Origin: Octopus sinensis | Lineage: Eukaryota | Direction of reading: 5' to 3' | Assembly (NCBI RefSeq): GCF_006345805.1 | Contig: NC_042997.1 | Location: 170,128,001-170,192,000, forward strand | DNA: 64,000 nucleotides | Shown here: positions 13,961 through 28,500 of the stretch, piece by piece | How positions within the stretch are numbered: the stretch's first letter is position 1 | Layout: each line of letters begins with the position of its first letter | Translations under genes and position numbers: made by a program | The notes under the pieces: generated by a model | The model's database searches: none | What the model was told of the DNA's origin: nothing | Seen by the model: only the letters and a program-made list of their open reading frames with translations

Positions 13961-15639
13961 TCAGAAAATGGAGGATAATTGGATATTCTTACAGGATATA
14001 TATGAATATGTTTTTTCATGCATCATCTTGTGGTGCACCTGGACATGTCATAAGTAATGTTTCCTGAGGTCATTAGGTGTTTCAGGCTTTTCAATATCTG
14101 ACACCCTAACCCAGATGACCCATTTGAGATTGATCACTCTCCAGTTTTGTCCAGTTAGCACTGCCACTTTCAGGGCTTGCACCTCTTGATCCGCAGCCAC
14201 CCTAAGGAAACCTCCTGTTTCCACAGCCAACTTGATGGCTGACAAGCTTTCTGCATCCCACTTCAATGGGATCACACCTCGCTGATCATTCATTACTTTG
14301 GCATTCTCCTCTTACTCTCATTTTCCTACTCAATATGTTTCTCCTAGGGAATGGAGGTTCAACAGAACCACTTGTTTGGATGTTTCTAAAATCAGCACCA
14401 CTTCCAGCCTTAGTGATGTTGAAGTAACAGTTTCTCAGAGTTTTGGCTGCTTCTCCAGACCAACTTACTGCTCCTAATCTTTTGCCATTGCAAATAAGCC
14501 TGCTGTGACATCTTATTCTCAGCAGCCCTGACAAAGGTGATAAACTTCTTTGTTTGTGACAGAGGTACATACAATAACTAATCCCATTTTGGTGGTATGA
14601 ATCTCAGGTCAACAAAGCTGGAAAAAAGTGTTTGATTTCGCACCAGTTGTTTCGTTTTTGCTACTTTTATCTTTTTGTGTCTCACTAACATTTCTTTCTC
14701 TCAAATTTGGCTTTCTTCCTTCCCCCCATGTCCTCTTAGTCTTCTTCCTCGATCTTCTGTTCGCAACAATTCAGTCAATCCCAGGTCGTACACACAATCT
14801 CAAATATATTAGCAGATACACATACATGCACACATATGCATGACTTGTTAATTTTGCATGCTTGCAAATTGAGACAAGTGCATTTATATCATAAATGAAA
14901 TATTATATCTTAATGATATTATTTCATTGACATCCTTAGCCAGTTAGTAATGGTGAAAGCAAATAATTCAACTTTCTATTGTCTGATTGTAACCTTACCT
15001 CATTAATGTTTATATTTGAGGCTCTGGAAATATACATTTAGAATATATAAATTTAACAGATACATTATTTCATAAACAAGTTCTGGCGTGTTTTGACATA
15101 AGATTTATTTCAGTTGGAACACAGTTGTAACAAACAAACAAAAAACAAAAATAGTAATAGTAATAATTTCCTTTGAATAATAATAGCCCCAGATAACATT
15201 TCATATTGAAATCTGTGAATGGAATGAGAGGGAATCTCACGTTTCAGGCTGGACAAAAGGTCAAACCCAAACAGGAATATCTCAGCAATTGAAAATTATA
15301 TTTTCCTTCAGAGAAAGTTGATTCTGAAATATCAAATTTCTCTTATCCCCAAGGCTTACTGAAACTCATAAACTTCAAACAAAAATGAGAATGTTAAAAG
15401 GAAAGAACAAATATTTATAATACAGAAAGCAAACACCTGTACTCATATAAGAGAAACACTAATATTATTATTTTTCTTATCAGATAACATTTCAAGAAGG
15501 TTTAATTGTGTATTTCACTTGAATAGACTAACCGTTTATATAATTCTTTGTTTGTTTATGTATTTTATTGTTTGCACAAGGTATCAGGAAAGGATTTTCT
15601 CTTTTATCAATGGTGATTGCAATGACAATGACGATGACT

Positions 15640-16960
15640 TTTTTTTTATTTGCCACTAGAGGAACAATACAAAGACAGACATAAAATGTTGGGGTTTACT
15701 TAGAATTCAGTGATACAAAACTAAAATCATAAAATATAACTAAACATGGTATAAAACATTAACAAAAATATGATGATGATAATGCAATTCTTCTGATGCA
15801 AGAGGACTTTCAGGGCCAATTGAAGAATTTCACCGTCTTGGCTATCTTTGAACACCAAAGGTAAATGCCCTCTGTATTTGTTGTTCCCTGCTCTCAACTA
15901 CTTTCCAACAGAGCCACTCTGGGGCAGCACCCCACTCTCTACTTTCACTTTCCTTTCAGAGTGAAACCTGCAAAAGTCAATGAAGGTCTTACCAAAGAGA
16001 AAAGTCTCTCATGTTTTCAACTTTGTCCTCCACACAACTTTTTTCACTGAAGCTACCCAACAGAGGAAAATTGCCTGGAAGCTGACAGAGCAAATATTAC
16101 AACAGACTGGGCTGATGGCCAAATCTGTCTCATATCCAATAGTAGCTATTTGATATAACTCCATGAGACAGCAATGCCAGGGCTCTAAACAAGTACATGC
16201 AGAAGGCTTTTGTTTCTCTGTACATGTTTCAGACAGGTCCATCTGTCTGTAACTGTAGAGTTTATCTCATACTAGTAAGCATTGCCAGGCCAAAGACTTT
16301 TGAAAATGATTCATAGTAGTCCCTGACCTGATAGTTATCTGCTATATCTCCTTTGTCAGCATCTTTTCTCAGCAGTATTTCCACTTCCTGGACCACAAAG
16401 CTAAAAATTTTTCATTCAACTGCCAGTTGTAGTAGTCATCTGAGGTCACCAAAGAAGTCGGGTATGAATTCATAAAACTCAAAAGGTGGTCCATCGAAAC
16501 CAGATGATTTGCACCTTGCACAACTGTTCATCATCTCCTGTATTTCTGTGACTGTTATCAGTTTTTCACAATAACCTATGTATTCTGCCAAAAGCTGTGG
16601 TGGGCCATCTTTGACCCATCACCTACCTTGAACAGTTGAATGAAGTGCTGCAGGAAAGCCACATGCTTTTATTGGAACTAAGGAACATGCACTCATCTTA
16701 ATCAGTCAAAGACCAGATTGTAGCTTTGTTGCTATGTTGTATCTCCTTGCAAATCCATGTTGACTCATCCTCATATATCTTCACACTTACTCTCTGCACA
16801 TACTTTACTATAGAGGTGAGAACAAACCATTTTGATTCTTGGATACTGTTTCTGATCACATCTTTCTTTCAGAACTGGGGTGATTCTAAGGACCTACTGT
16901 TGTTATTCCTTTCTGAAAGCTCTCATCTTTTTCTCTTCTCCAATTTTAATTCTGTTGTAT
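15640..16960 (-). mobile_element. Degenerate L1/Tx1-like LINE relic
   Basis: Minus-strand KSSGFDGPPFEFY near 16460-16512 resembles the RT-proximal KSPGxDGLPxEFY motif; boundaries approximate. Confidence 0.45.
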
Positions 16961-17267
16961 AGAAAAATGTATGAATGTGGAGCTGAGCAGAATAGTGGAT
17001 CAGCAGAATTATCAAAGTATCATCAGACAAAATGTTTTATATAATATAGTTACACCTTTTTATGTTCTGAGTTCAAATCTTGCAGTGATAAACTTTACTT
17101 TTCATCTTTCTGGAATCAATAAAATGAAATATAAGTCTACTATTGGAGTCAATATAGTTGACTGATCTTTACCTCTGCCAGGTCTCTAGCCTCGTACCTA
17201 AGCTAGAAATTATTATTAATATTACTGGGAAGGAAATTTCCACACTGCAGTGACATTCCTTTATGAT

Positions 17268-17787
17268 TACCGTAAATCCTCGAGTATAGTCTGCCCTTGA
17301 GTATAATATGCAGGGGATTTTTTATACCTCTGAAAAACCTAAACCTTGTGTATAATACGCACCCCTTCTCTAACTTGAGTCGTGCGTAATTAAACCAGCA
17401 GCACCTAGCCGAACAGACACTTCTGTGCATGCTTAATACAATAATGGTGATGTTCTTAACTGTTATATAGGAATGTAAATATGTTTGCAAATTGTTTTTG
17501 TTATATGTTATTCTGTGTTCTGAATACTTTTATTTTAATAAATTTTGCTTACTGCAAGTTATGGGGGATTCTTTTATGACTTCACTGCTTTCACACTTAG
17601 CTTAATTTATTTTCACGCCCGACATCACAAAATGCATCTGAATAAACATTGCCGGACACCAAATAGAGACTTGGATATTGCTTAGAAAGTATTTTTCATT
17701 TTTAACCTCGTATATAGTACGCACTTGGGATTTTGACCTTCAAATTTTGGGAAAAAGAATGCAGATTATACTCGAGGATTTACGGTA
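17268..17787. mobile_element. Tc1/mariner-superfamily MITE
   Basis: TIR CCGTAAATCCTCGAGTATA / TATACTCGAGGATTTACGG flanked by TA. Confidence 0.85.
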
Positions 17788-19531
17788 GTTGAGATGTGGA
17801 GAACTCATTTCCTTGCTATATGAGAACTGAAAAATATATCATGATAATGTTCCATATAATTAATTTCATTTAGCTTTTTAATGTATGCTGCATTAGGTAT
17901 GTTAATATCAATAGTTTTTATCTCTATGCATCTGGGGTTTTAGAATATATATACAGTTATCTTGCATGCCATAAGAAGAGACTAAATGGATTGCTCTCAG
18001 GAAAGGTGTCATGCCATAAAACATTGCCTCAAAAAAATCTTTCTAACCCCATACAAGCATAGAAAAGCAGATGTAAAAACAATAGTCATGATAATCCTTT
18101 CTACTATAGGCACAAGACCCAAAAATTGTGGTGGAGGGGGCTATTTGATTACGTTGACCCCAGTGTTTCACTGGTACCCCAAAAGGATGAAAGGCAAAGT
18201 TGACCTTGGCAGAATAATAATAATAATAATAATAATAATGATAACAACAACAATAACAAAACAACTAATGATGACAGAAATGAATTAGCATAATGACCCA
18301 CACAGTAATAAAATGATCTTGGTTTCTTTTAAATAAATCAGTTTGTCTGTAAACTGTCCATAATAGATAAAAACTACAGGTTTCACTTTGTGTGCATCAT
18401 CATCATATTTGTTTTAAAATTGGTTTCTTTATAACCAGTATAGTACTGGTGTAGTGACTAAAACAAAAAGGTTTTTAAAATTAGTGGGTACCTAACCTGT
18501 TAATCCATACATGAGCACACCTATCTACACAAATATCCTTTGAAAAGAAACGTCACAGATGAAAAACATTTCTTCAAATTTCCAAATACAAAATCTTTGA
18601 TTAAATGGAAGTGCCATTCAATAAAACTGTCAATTTATGTATTACTTGTGAACTCACCTACAAATTCATCAACCAGCTTTAACAAATAGTCAAATTTTCA
18701 AGCTCTGACAAGTTCCAAATAGCAATTCTTCAACAGCACAAAGTAATGACACAAACATCTTATTTTGGTATACATATACAAAAGCTTATATATAACAAAA
18801 GGTTTTAGTAGGTCTGGCCATTAACTCATTACTGGTAGTACTCAGTGAAGGCTAAGTGATTATGGTATTCGGCTCATGATCATAAGGTGATGATTTCGGT
18901 ACCTGGTGGCACACGGTGTCTTTGAGCAAGACACCTTATTTCATGTTGCTCCAGTTCACTCAGCTGATATAAATGAGTTGTATCTAATTCTTTACTACCC
19001 ACACAGGGCTAAACATAGAGGAGACAAACAAGGACAGACAAATGGATTAAGTTGATTACATTGACCCCAGTGCGTAACTGGTACTTAATTTATCGACCCC
19101 GAAAGGATGAAATGAAAGTCTTGGCGGAATTTGAACTCAGAACGTAATGGCAGACGAAATACGGCTACGCATTTTGCTCGGCATGCTAACGTTTCTGCCA
19201 GCTTGCCACCTTGTTGTATCTGTACAAGTTTATATATGTTTCTGTACTTTTTTATTACTTGGAACATTTGCAATTACATATGTTCCTTCATTGGACACTT
19301 GGTGATTTGCTCTGCTTGAGAAGACAGATCAAGCCAAGTGAAATCATAGTTACGGCCAACGCCAGTGGCACATTAAAGGTACTCTTGGAGCAGTTGGTGT
19401 TAAGAAGGGCATCCAACCATAGAAACCAAGGCAAATCAGACTGGAGCCTGGTACAGCTCTCTAGCTTACCAATCCCAGTCAAACATTTAACCCATGCCAG
19501 CCTGGAAAATAGATGCTAAATGATGATGGTA

Positions 19532-19563
<32 letters not shown>

Positions 19564-22096
19564 ATGAACTACAACTGTTTGAATAAAATAGCATACATGA
19601 CATAATTATTGTGATAGTTAAGTCTTTATTGCATAAAATATTTTTGCTAGTTATATGAAAAGCATTCATTGTTATTATTAGTTAAAAAAAATAGAGTGAG
19701 AACACCTTATCATTAAACTGAATTCTATGTAGCACTTGAGGTCGTTACATTTCGGAATTAAATATATCACTTCTTTTATAAAATTAACTAAGATTATTTA
19801 CTTATTTCTCTGTAGACTGAAAAGAAATGGACAGCTTTAATTGATTTCGACCCTTGTTGGGATCCACAATTCTATATTGCATTATACACACCTTTATATT
19901 ACCTTATATTATATCATATATCATATTTTATACTATTTTGTTTTATACTATTTGTATACATTTTATACTATTTTGTTTTATATTACATTAATTTATTTTA
20001 TTTTAATTTTAATTTTGGTTTTTATTTCCAATTGCCCCAGTCTACTCAGCTGTAAATGAGATCCAGCAATAGCTAAGAAGTCAACCCTACAACAGGCTAG
20101 CATTACAATCAGAGGTTAATGTGATTTCATTCACTTTTGCATCAGGGAAACCTGGTCAAGCTCTGACCTTATGAGTGCCAGGTCTCATGACAGACTTATC
20201 CAAGATTAGAGCACATGAAATAAGTTGGCTTGTTGCCAGTTCTAGGAACTGAACCTATAATGGATGGCAAGGTTTACGATATTGGGAGAATATCACCTTC
20301 TTCCATTATCTCTTTTTGTTCTACGTGTAGTTCAGGTGAAGAGAGAAGACTTCAAGTACAACTGCAATTTACAACTGGTTTATTTACAAGTTTCACAGGA
20401 TAAGTGAAGTGTGCTGCTTTCAGCAATCGTCTTTTGCTGTGTGCGTGGTGTAGTAGCTCTGTTAGTGTGGGCACATTGCCTCTGGAGGTACAACATACAG
20501 ACATGCCCAGCCAGTGGAGTGTGCTCAGCAAGCACTACTGCCAAGAGGTGGAAAGAAGAGGCGGCAAAGTGAAAGAATCTCAATCTGTTTTTCCCTTATA
20601 TCCAGTTTGCCATCGTGAGCCTCGTTGTGATCTCATGCATGGCAAATGGATGCAGGTGAGGTCTCACTCCAGTCTTCGAGATAGCAATGGCTGTCACGAG
20701 ATCTCATCCAATATAGTACTGACTCTTTGTGCCGCTACAAACCCATGATATGTGTTATGATTATGAGCTGAACACCCAAGCCACAAGGTCATGCACCTTC
20801 ATATGTGTATATTATGTTATATCACTGCCATTATGCAACTGCTTTACATTTCAAGACTAATATTTTAAGAAAGCTTCTTTTATTTTATTTTTCAGTAAAC
20901 AGGGAAACAGCAGAGTACTAGACAGCATTTAGTTTCATCATCCAAAGATTTATGAACAAATCTTGCATCAGCTTTGTCTTTCCTCAAAAGTTAAATAAGA
21001 ATAAAATTAATAACATAACTTAGGCCCACAGGTAGACATAGATATAAAGACATAGATCACACTTTGAAGTAGAAACATACAAAAAAACTCTTGATTAAAA
21101 TAGAAAAATCCAAACAAAAGTAGCTTCTAAATTAAAAAGAAAAACAGGAAAAACTTTCTAGAAATAGGTATTGTAAAACATTGGTGGGTGGGGTTATATT
21201 AGAAACATAGAATATTAAGATTAACTTGTCCATGTTAAAACATGTTCCCATTCCATTTCACACTGTTCACTGTAGATCTGACCACTTTATTTGCAGTTTA
21301 TCTTTCAACTGTTACTCCTGCTGTTTTTATACATGCTGTCAGCTATTAAATTACAAGTTTCTGCAACTTTGTAATTATTAATTGCAACATTCGATACTCT
21401 TGTTAATTGTAACTTTCATTACTAAACTTTGTACTATTCCAACTTTTAAAATAGAGATATTTACCAAATACCTTTTAAAAGAAAAGAAAACAAATATTGC
21501 AAATACATCTACATTGTGATTTGCTGATAAAAGAAACAGTAATTGGAAGAGAAAATTTTCTAATAATACTTTCATTGCTTGACAACAGCTGCAATTCTGT
21601 CATTAACAAACAGTGTTACAAACTAGAATTACATAAGAATGACCAGGCCAAGGGAAGAATCTTTACATGATCAGTTGATTTGCTAAAAGTGACAACCAAG
21701 TCTCCTTCAAAAACACTGGCTGTCTTAAAGAATGGAGAGATACATTGGATAAGGAAGTCCAAGATATATTATGTCTGGAAAAAGGATCGATGAAATTTTC
21801 ATTTGGAATGCTTTTAACAATTTTTGCCCAGTTTCTAAAATAGAAACTATTTATTTCATTTTTAAATGACTGCAAAATTAATTGATTAAAAAAAAAATAT
21901 CAATCATTTGATAATTTCACTATTTCCATTAAGTGGGACAAAATTATATTGGAAAATGTATACTTTTGTGATTTCTTTTAAGATTTCGGTTAACCTTTCT
22001 AGACATGTCCAGTTCTTTTGAGAAAAGAACTGACAGAAAACTGTGCAGTGTTGTATGACAAGAATCTCTTACAGAATCTTCGCCATTAATTGAACA

Positions 22097-22545
22097 ATGA
22101 TTATTGGACCCAAAGACTATTGTAAATTTAAAGTAAAGACTTTTTATGGACATACTGATGAGGTAAGCATTTTGAAAGTTTTTTTAAAAACAGTTTTGTT
22201 GTTTTTACTACTCTAATATTTTTGCTGTTGATTTTAAGCCTATCTTTTATCTTTTACATGTTTGTTATTAGATTGTGGCCATGCTGGGGCACTGCTTTCT
22301 AGGGTTTTAGTTGAATAAATCGACCCCTGTACTTATATTTTTAAAAGTTTGGTATTTATTCTATCAGTTTCTTTTTTTGAATCAAAATGCTAAGTTATGG
22401 GGACATAAACAAACCAACACCAGTTGTCAAGTGGTAGTGGATAGACACAAACACACACATACACTCAACAGGCTTCTTTCAGTTTCTATCTACCAAATCC
22501 ACTGACAATATAAATAAGGAACAGAGTATTTTGTTTGTATGTATG

Positions 22546-22577
<32 letters not shown>

Positions 22578-25500
22578 TGTATTCTCATGCATGTAGTTAC
22601 ATATCTAGACATGCTGATATATATTTAAATGATAAACTTCTGGAAAGTTTTGCAGATTTTTACCGTTCTGATGATGGATTGGATCTGTAGTCCTCGAAGT
22701 GGCTTTCTCCTTTCTGGTTTTGAGAAGCCTAATTTCTCAAAATTCATATTTAGGCAGTGTGTTACATATCCCAAGGCTCCAATAATTACAGGTATAAACC
22801 TGAACTTGTAATCTGGATAGAGTAACTGCAGATTTCTCAATAGTTCAGCATAGGTGTTCTCTTTTTCACTGATCATCAATTTTATGTTAACACCCGCTGG
22901 GCAGCTAATTCTCACAACTGTGCACAGTTTCTCTATCCCAAATCATTATATCAGGTCTGTTGTGCTTACATTTTATTGAGGTCTTCACTGGTACATTCCA
23001 CCAGTATTCCTTTTTATTATGAGTGGCTATGGCTTCTACCATACAAGTGGGTTCTTATTTCTTTGTACTCAGGATTATTATTCCGACAGATTTCATTATA
23101 GAGTTTCCAAGCTATGTGTATATATGTATGTATTTATGTATGTATATTATAACATCACATATTTTCTGCAATGCAGGTGAATTGCGTTGCTTTCTCCCCA
23201 GACTTTAAACTCATAGTAACTGGATCTGATGATAAAATTGTCAGAATATTCAACACAACAACCTGTGAATTACTCTACGAGGTAGAAGGACACCAAGGTA
23301 ATAATTCTATATCTTGATTTTGTGTTCATAAAGGTACATTAGTGATGAAAAAGGAGTTGATTCAGCTGTTGTTGAGAGGTCCTTGATTGCTGACATTTGT
23401 AGCCATGTGAAGAGAGACACCATAATCCAATAAAAACTAGAGTTAAATATGAGTCCTTTGTAAAGTTTAGATACACAAGTATTTATGGGGTAAAAGCTGC
23501 TTCAGTCCACCAGAATTATTCTACATTATGATGCCTAAATTGCAAAGAGTAAAAGCTCTTTGGGAGCTTAAACAACATAAATCATGTTGCCAAATTCATT
23601 CACTAATTTTCCGTTTTTTCAGACAGTGCTTATCTATAGTAATATATTTCAATTCTGTCACTCCTAAGCTACTCTAGTTTATGGAGTGAAATAATTCTGG
23701 AGGATTGAAGCAGGAATTTAAGCAGGTTTTACTTTTTACCTCATAAATTTTTGTGTATGTCATATCTCACTAAATGTCTTCTTACAAAACAGGTGTGGTG
23801 TGCTTGAGTTATGAAAACTTTAACAATGTTAAATGGTTGGGCGACATTCCCTTACCTAAATCAGAATTTTGTGAATCAGTACCCCAGATGTTGCCTTTCA
23901 AACCAAATATTGATAGATTGATAAGAAAGAAATGAATGAATAAACAAACAATATCGTACATTTATAGCAGGAAGTTTGTTTAATTTAAAGGCAAAAATTA
24001 CTTCCGTAAAGTAAGCAAATATTGTAACTGTCGTAATTATATTTCTTTAGGTGCAATTCGATGTGTGGCAGTGTCACCAGACAATGAATTTATAGCCAGT
24101 GGATCGTATGATAAAGCCATTCAGTTATGGAGAATAAGTGATGCAAATTTTTATAACAAACTTTTGGGTAAGAAAGTATTTTGGAATTTTTGAACAAACA
24201 CATGTGTAAATCAATGGGTAATTTGCTTACTATCATGACAATTAGCAGCTAAAAGGACTGATAAATTGTATACTAGAAGCCGTAGCCATTCGTGTAATTT
24301 TCCATGTCTGCATTCTCATAACTTCGATTCATCAGGATCTTCCAACTGGAAATGCTGGTACCATATATTTGCTGACAATGACTGCTACTGTATCCAACAG
24401 TCTTCCATCACCCAAAACTTACAACTCATATGGGAAATGATGTTGCCAGGAATTGTGTGGTTTTTAATGATTTAGTGATTATTTTCATGAAATGCTTGAT
24501 AATGACTTTAATTGCTATGGAAGAATATATTGTTTGATTTTTGTTGTTATTCATGCATTCTCCATATTGGAATATACAACTAAACATGACTTCTCTATTT
24601 TTTTGTAACTCTTAACATTTTTTTTTTTGGAATACTTGTATTAAACAAAGAAGATGGCAACACTGCCAAAGAAAAATTTAGTATAGGGTTTACATGAAGA
24701 GGAGAAATGATTGAAAGAATTGAATTTTCAAATTATTTTTTCTATACGGCTATAATTTCCATTGTTTAAAACACAAAAAAAGCTGAAAATGGTTTTCTAA
24801 ATAGATTAAAAGCAAAAGGATCATCATCATCGCTGTCGTTACCACCATCACCACCAGCTGTTGGTTTGTTTATATTCCTGTGACCTAGCAGTTTGGCTAA
24901 GAAAGACAATAGAATAAGAACTGGGGTTGATTTGTTTGACTCAACCCTTCAAGGCAGTGCTCCAGCATGACCAGAGTCCAGTGAATGAAACAAGAAAAAG
25001 AAAGATATAATGCTTTATACATTTCATACAATTTATATTTTTAAATTTCAAAGTATGACAAGTAAAATATTTTAAAATTTCAACTGCAGGCCATACCAAA
25101 AGTGTTGAAGTGGTTATATTTTCTCCAGATTCAAATCTGCTATGTTCTGGTTCGTGGGACAGATTAGCAATTGTTTGGAATATAGAGGTAAGCCTAAAAA
25201 TTCATGTTACATACAAAGGTTTGGTTTGTTGCGTGAGTGTATGCATGTGGTGTGTGTGTATGTGTGCGCGTGCACATGCACATGCGCATGTGAGGGGGTG
25301 TTCCCCCTTTGGTCATAAATGACCATGGGATTGCACCTAGAAAGTTCCCCTCTGAGACACAAGTATAGGCAAAGTAACTTATAGAAGACCAGCAGTCACC
25401 CATGTATACCAGCCTCCCTTCTACATGCCAATGATGTTATCCAAGGGAAAAGCAAAGACAGCTACAACTTGGCACCTGTGACGTTGCAACTCATTTTTAT

Positions 25501-28500
25501 AGCTGAAGGAACTGGAGCAATGTGAAATAAAGTCTCTTGCTCAAGACCACAACACACAACTTGGTCCAGGAATCGATCTCACAAACTAATGTGAGCCCTA
25601 CACTCTAACCACTGAGCCGTAGTGCTCCAACATATATTAGCCCTTTAACAATACAATTAAATTTTATGGTTATCCCTGAAATGATGTTTTTTATTGGCAA
25701 AAAAATGAAACTGGCATTTTCTGTGATGATGGCAATCATGACACATCTCAGCAAAAGATAGATTGAATGTAAAACTGCTTCCTGAAGCTAATGGTAATAT
25801 TTTTAGTGGATATATTTGATTTCACAATAAAAGGGGTTAATATTCTAGAACTTCTTTTTAAGGCAGTGAGCTGGCAGAATCATTAGCATCCTAGACAAAA
25901 TGCTTAGCCACATTTCATTACCAACTTGCATGAATAATCTCAGTTTATTGAAAATTTTACTACTCGTTATATTACTTATCTAAAGTTGGTGTGAAGAGCA
26001 CTCTCTTGAGGTATTTTCCCTGAGCCATATTGCCAAGCAAACAGTTTGGAAGAACAATCAGAACCTTAGCTTTATTTTCAGTTCTTAGCAGAATGAATTT
26101 ATTTATTCATATTGAAATGTTCATAGGAGGAATCCATCTTGTTTTCCAGTGATGAAAATTACATACATATTAAGAAAGCCTCATCATAGGCGCAGGAGTG
26201 GCTGTGTGGTAAGTAGCTTGCTTACCAACCACATGGTTCCGGGTTCATTCCCACTGTGTGGCACCTTGGGCAAGTGTCTTCTACTATAGCCTCAACTGAT
26301 GTGAGTGGATTTGGTAGATGGAAACTGAAAAGAAGCCCGTTGTATATATGTATATGTGTGTGAGTTTGTGTGTCTGTGTTCGTCCCCCCAACATCGCTTA
26401 ACAACTGATGCTGGTGTGTTTACATCCCTGTAACTTAGTGGTTCGGCAAAAGAGACTGATAGGATAAGTACTAGGCTTACAAAGAATAAGTCCCAGGGTC
26501 GATTTGCTTGACTAAAGGCGGTACTCCAGCATGGCCACAGTAAAATGACTGAAACAAGTAAAAGAATATCATATCCCATTTAAACTTGAGCAGTGTGTAA
26601 CAAAATCCTTCAATATTTCTCTAAATGTTGATTCTTACTATCACCAAGAATCTCTCTTGGCAAAAGTACATCTTCAACATAGCTAAGGATACATCCCAAT
26701 GCTTGCCCCTTTACTTTTTGGCCAGAAGATACTTCATCATCCATCTAATAACCCTTTTGTTACTGTATTTATTTTGAGATACTCTATGTTTCTTTCAATC
26801 AATTTTAAATGTAACAAAGAATTTAGTAAAATAACTTAGTTATCATTAAGCGAGTGTTAGGAACATAAATTGTGACTATGGTTTGATGGAAGATTTTAAT
26901 TCAAAACTTATGAAAACAAGACATTTGTACTCAGAGCCAGAGCCGGTTTCAGCTGGGTTGGTAACGAAATGGTTAAGAGTAAGGCCCACAATAGAGTATT
27001 GCTCCCACATCTTGGATGACACTGTTGTATCTTAAGTGAAAACACGTGGCTTAGTGGTTAGGGTATTCAGTTCATGATTGTAAGGTTGTGAGTTTGTATC
27101 AGAACTGTTATTTGATTGTAATATTAGACATCTTGTCAATTTGGCTGTTTTAACCTTAAATACTAGAAAATCAGCTCACCAGAGCTTTTCTTATCATCAA
27201 GTCACATGACCCAGTTGTTAGCCAAATTAGTTGCAGGTATTGGTTGGTTTTAGCTGTCCAATCATATGTTTGCAACAGAGTTTGTTCCCAACGAGGGGAA
27301 AGCATTTTTGCCAGTGGAGCCTACCTGTGGTTATAAAAACACGAGTTTCTCCTGTTCTTAGTCTTTGGACCAGAGTATGTGTGTATATGGTCATGTGTTT
27401 CCTTCTGACAGAAACACATGACCATATACACACACATACACACATAGGGAAACATGCATCCATACATAACAGACACACGTATATAGTCACATAAACCCAT
27501 ACACATAGACACACTCAAATATGCACACATAAGGATACATAAGCACACACACACATGAATATACAGAATACATACATTCATATGTGCATACACAAGCACA
27601 CGGGTGCACATACATGTGTAAAAACAGATAAAAGAGAATGCAGCTCCAGTAATGGACAGAGTCAACATCCATTGACAAGGTTGAAAAAGCAATGAAAATT
27701 TTGGAAGAAAATATATGAATAATAAATGAGTGGAAATCGAACCGGTGCGTGTGTTAGATAATAAGGCATTAAGGCAATAGGATTTGTCCCAGACACAACA
27801 AAATTTGTTTCAACATACGAATTCACATAAAGAATCTTGCAAACCGGATTAAAAAAACAAACAAAAGAGGTAATTTCAAGAATAAATCGTCCTGGGAATT
27901 AAATTCATGGGAGGTAACTCTTGATAATTACAACATATAGAGCTAATGCTGGCTAAAATAAATTAAAATGAAAAAATTTAAGTGCTATTTTCTTTTTTAC
28001 TTATGCTAGTGAAAACAAAAACGAACAAATAAAAATAATTGATACAATTTGTAATATAGCATAATTCGTGTGTTGTAGGGCAGTAACATAGCTAGAGGAA
28101 GGAGTGAAACAGTTCTCTGCCCAGGGCGACTCTTTTATGAAGATAGCCCTTTTGGATCTCCTGTAAAAGCTTGAATAAGCTTGCTCGTGGTCCTGGCAGA
28201 CTCAAGGGCTGCGAAGTAGGCACACACTCTAGTTAAGTCACTGCTGTAAGATAAAGGGAGTTAACCAAATGGAAGCACCAGTAATTGAGAAGTTAACTTC
28301 ATTAACTGTTACTCCATGAACCCAAAACTTAACTTTGATAACCGTTAATCAGTTATTTCCTAAAGTAATGGAAGTTATTGATAAACTGTTAACGTTAATT
28401 TTTATTATAGAAAAAAAATCAAAAACTCAGTTTTTGCTCTAAAACCACATTAAGACACATTTAAAAAGTGCCAAAACTATAAAATCCATTAACTTCTATT

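Noticed and set aside
20404-20748. 114-aa ORF in a GC-richer patch
   Set aside because: No recognisable domain or splice support; possibly an LTR or other repeat relic.
21574-21588. RFX X-box-like ATTGCTTGACAAC upstream of WDR38
   Set aside because: Imperfect match, the same word occurs inside family A SINEs, and the transcription start is unknown.
26189-26265. tRNA gene
   Set aside because: A/B-box head runs into a repeated SINE body; no complete cloverleaf.
27227-27692. Overlapping Cys/Val/His-rich ORFs
   Set aside because: Translation of degenerate (CA)/(TG) microsatellite.
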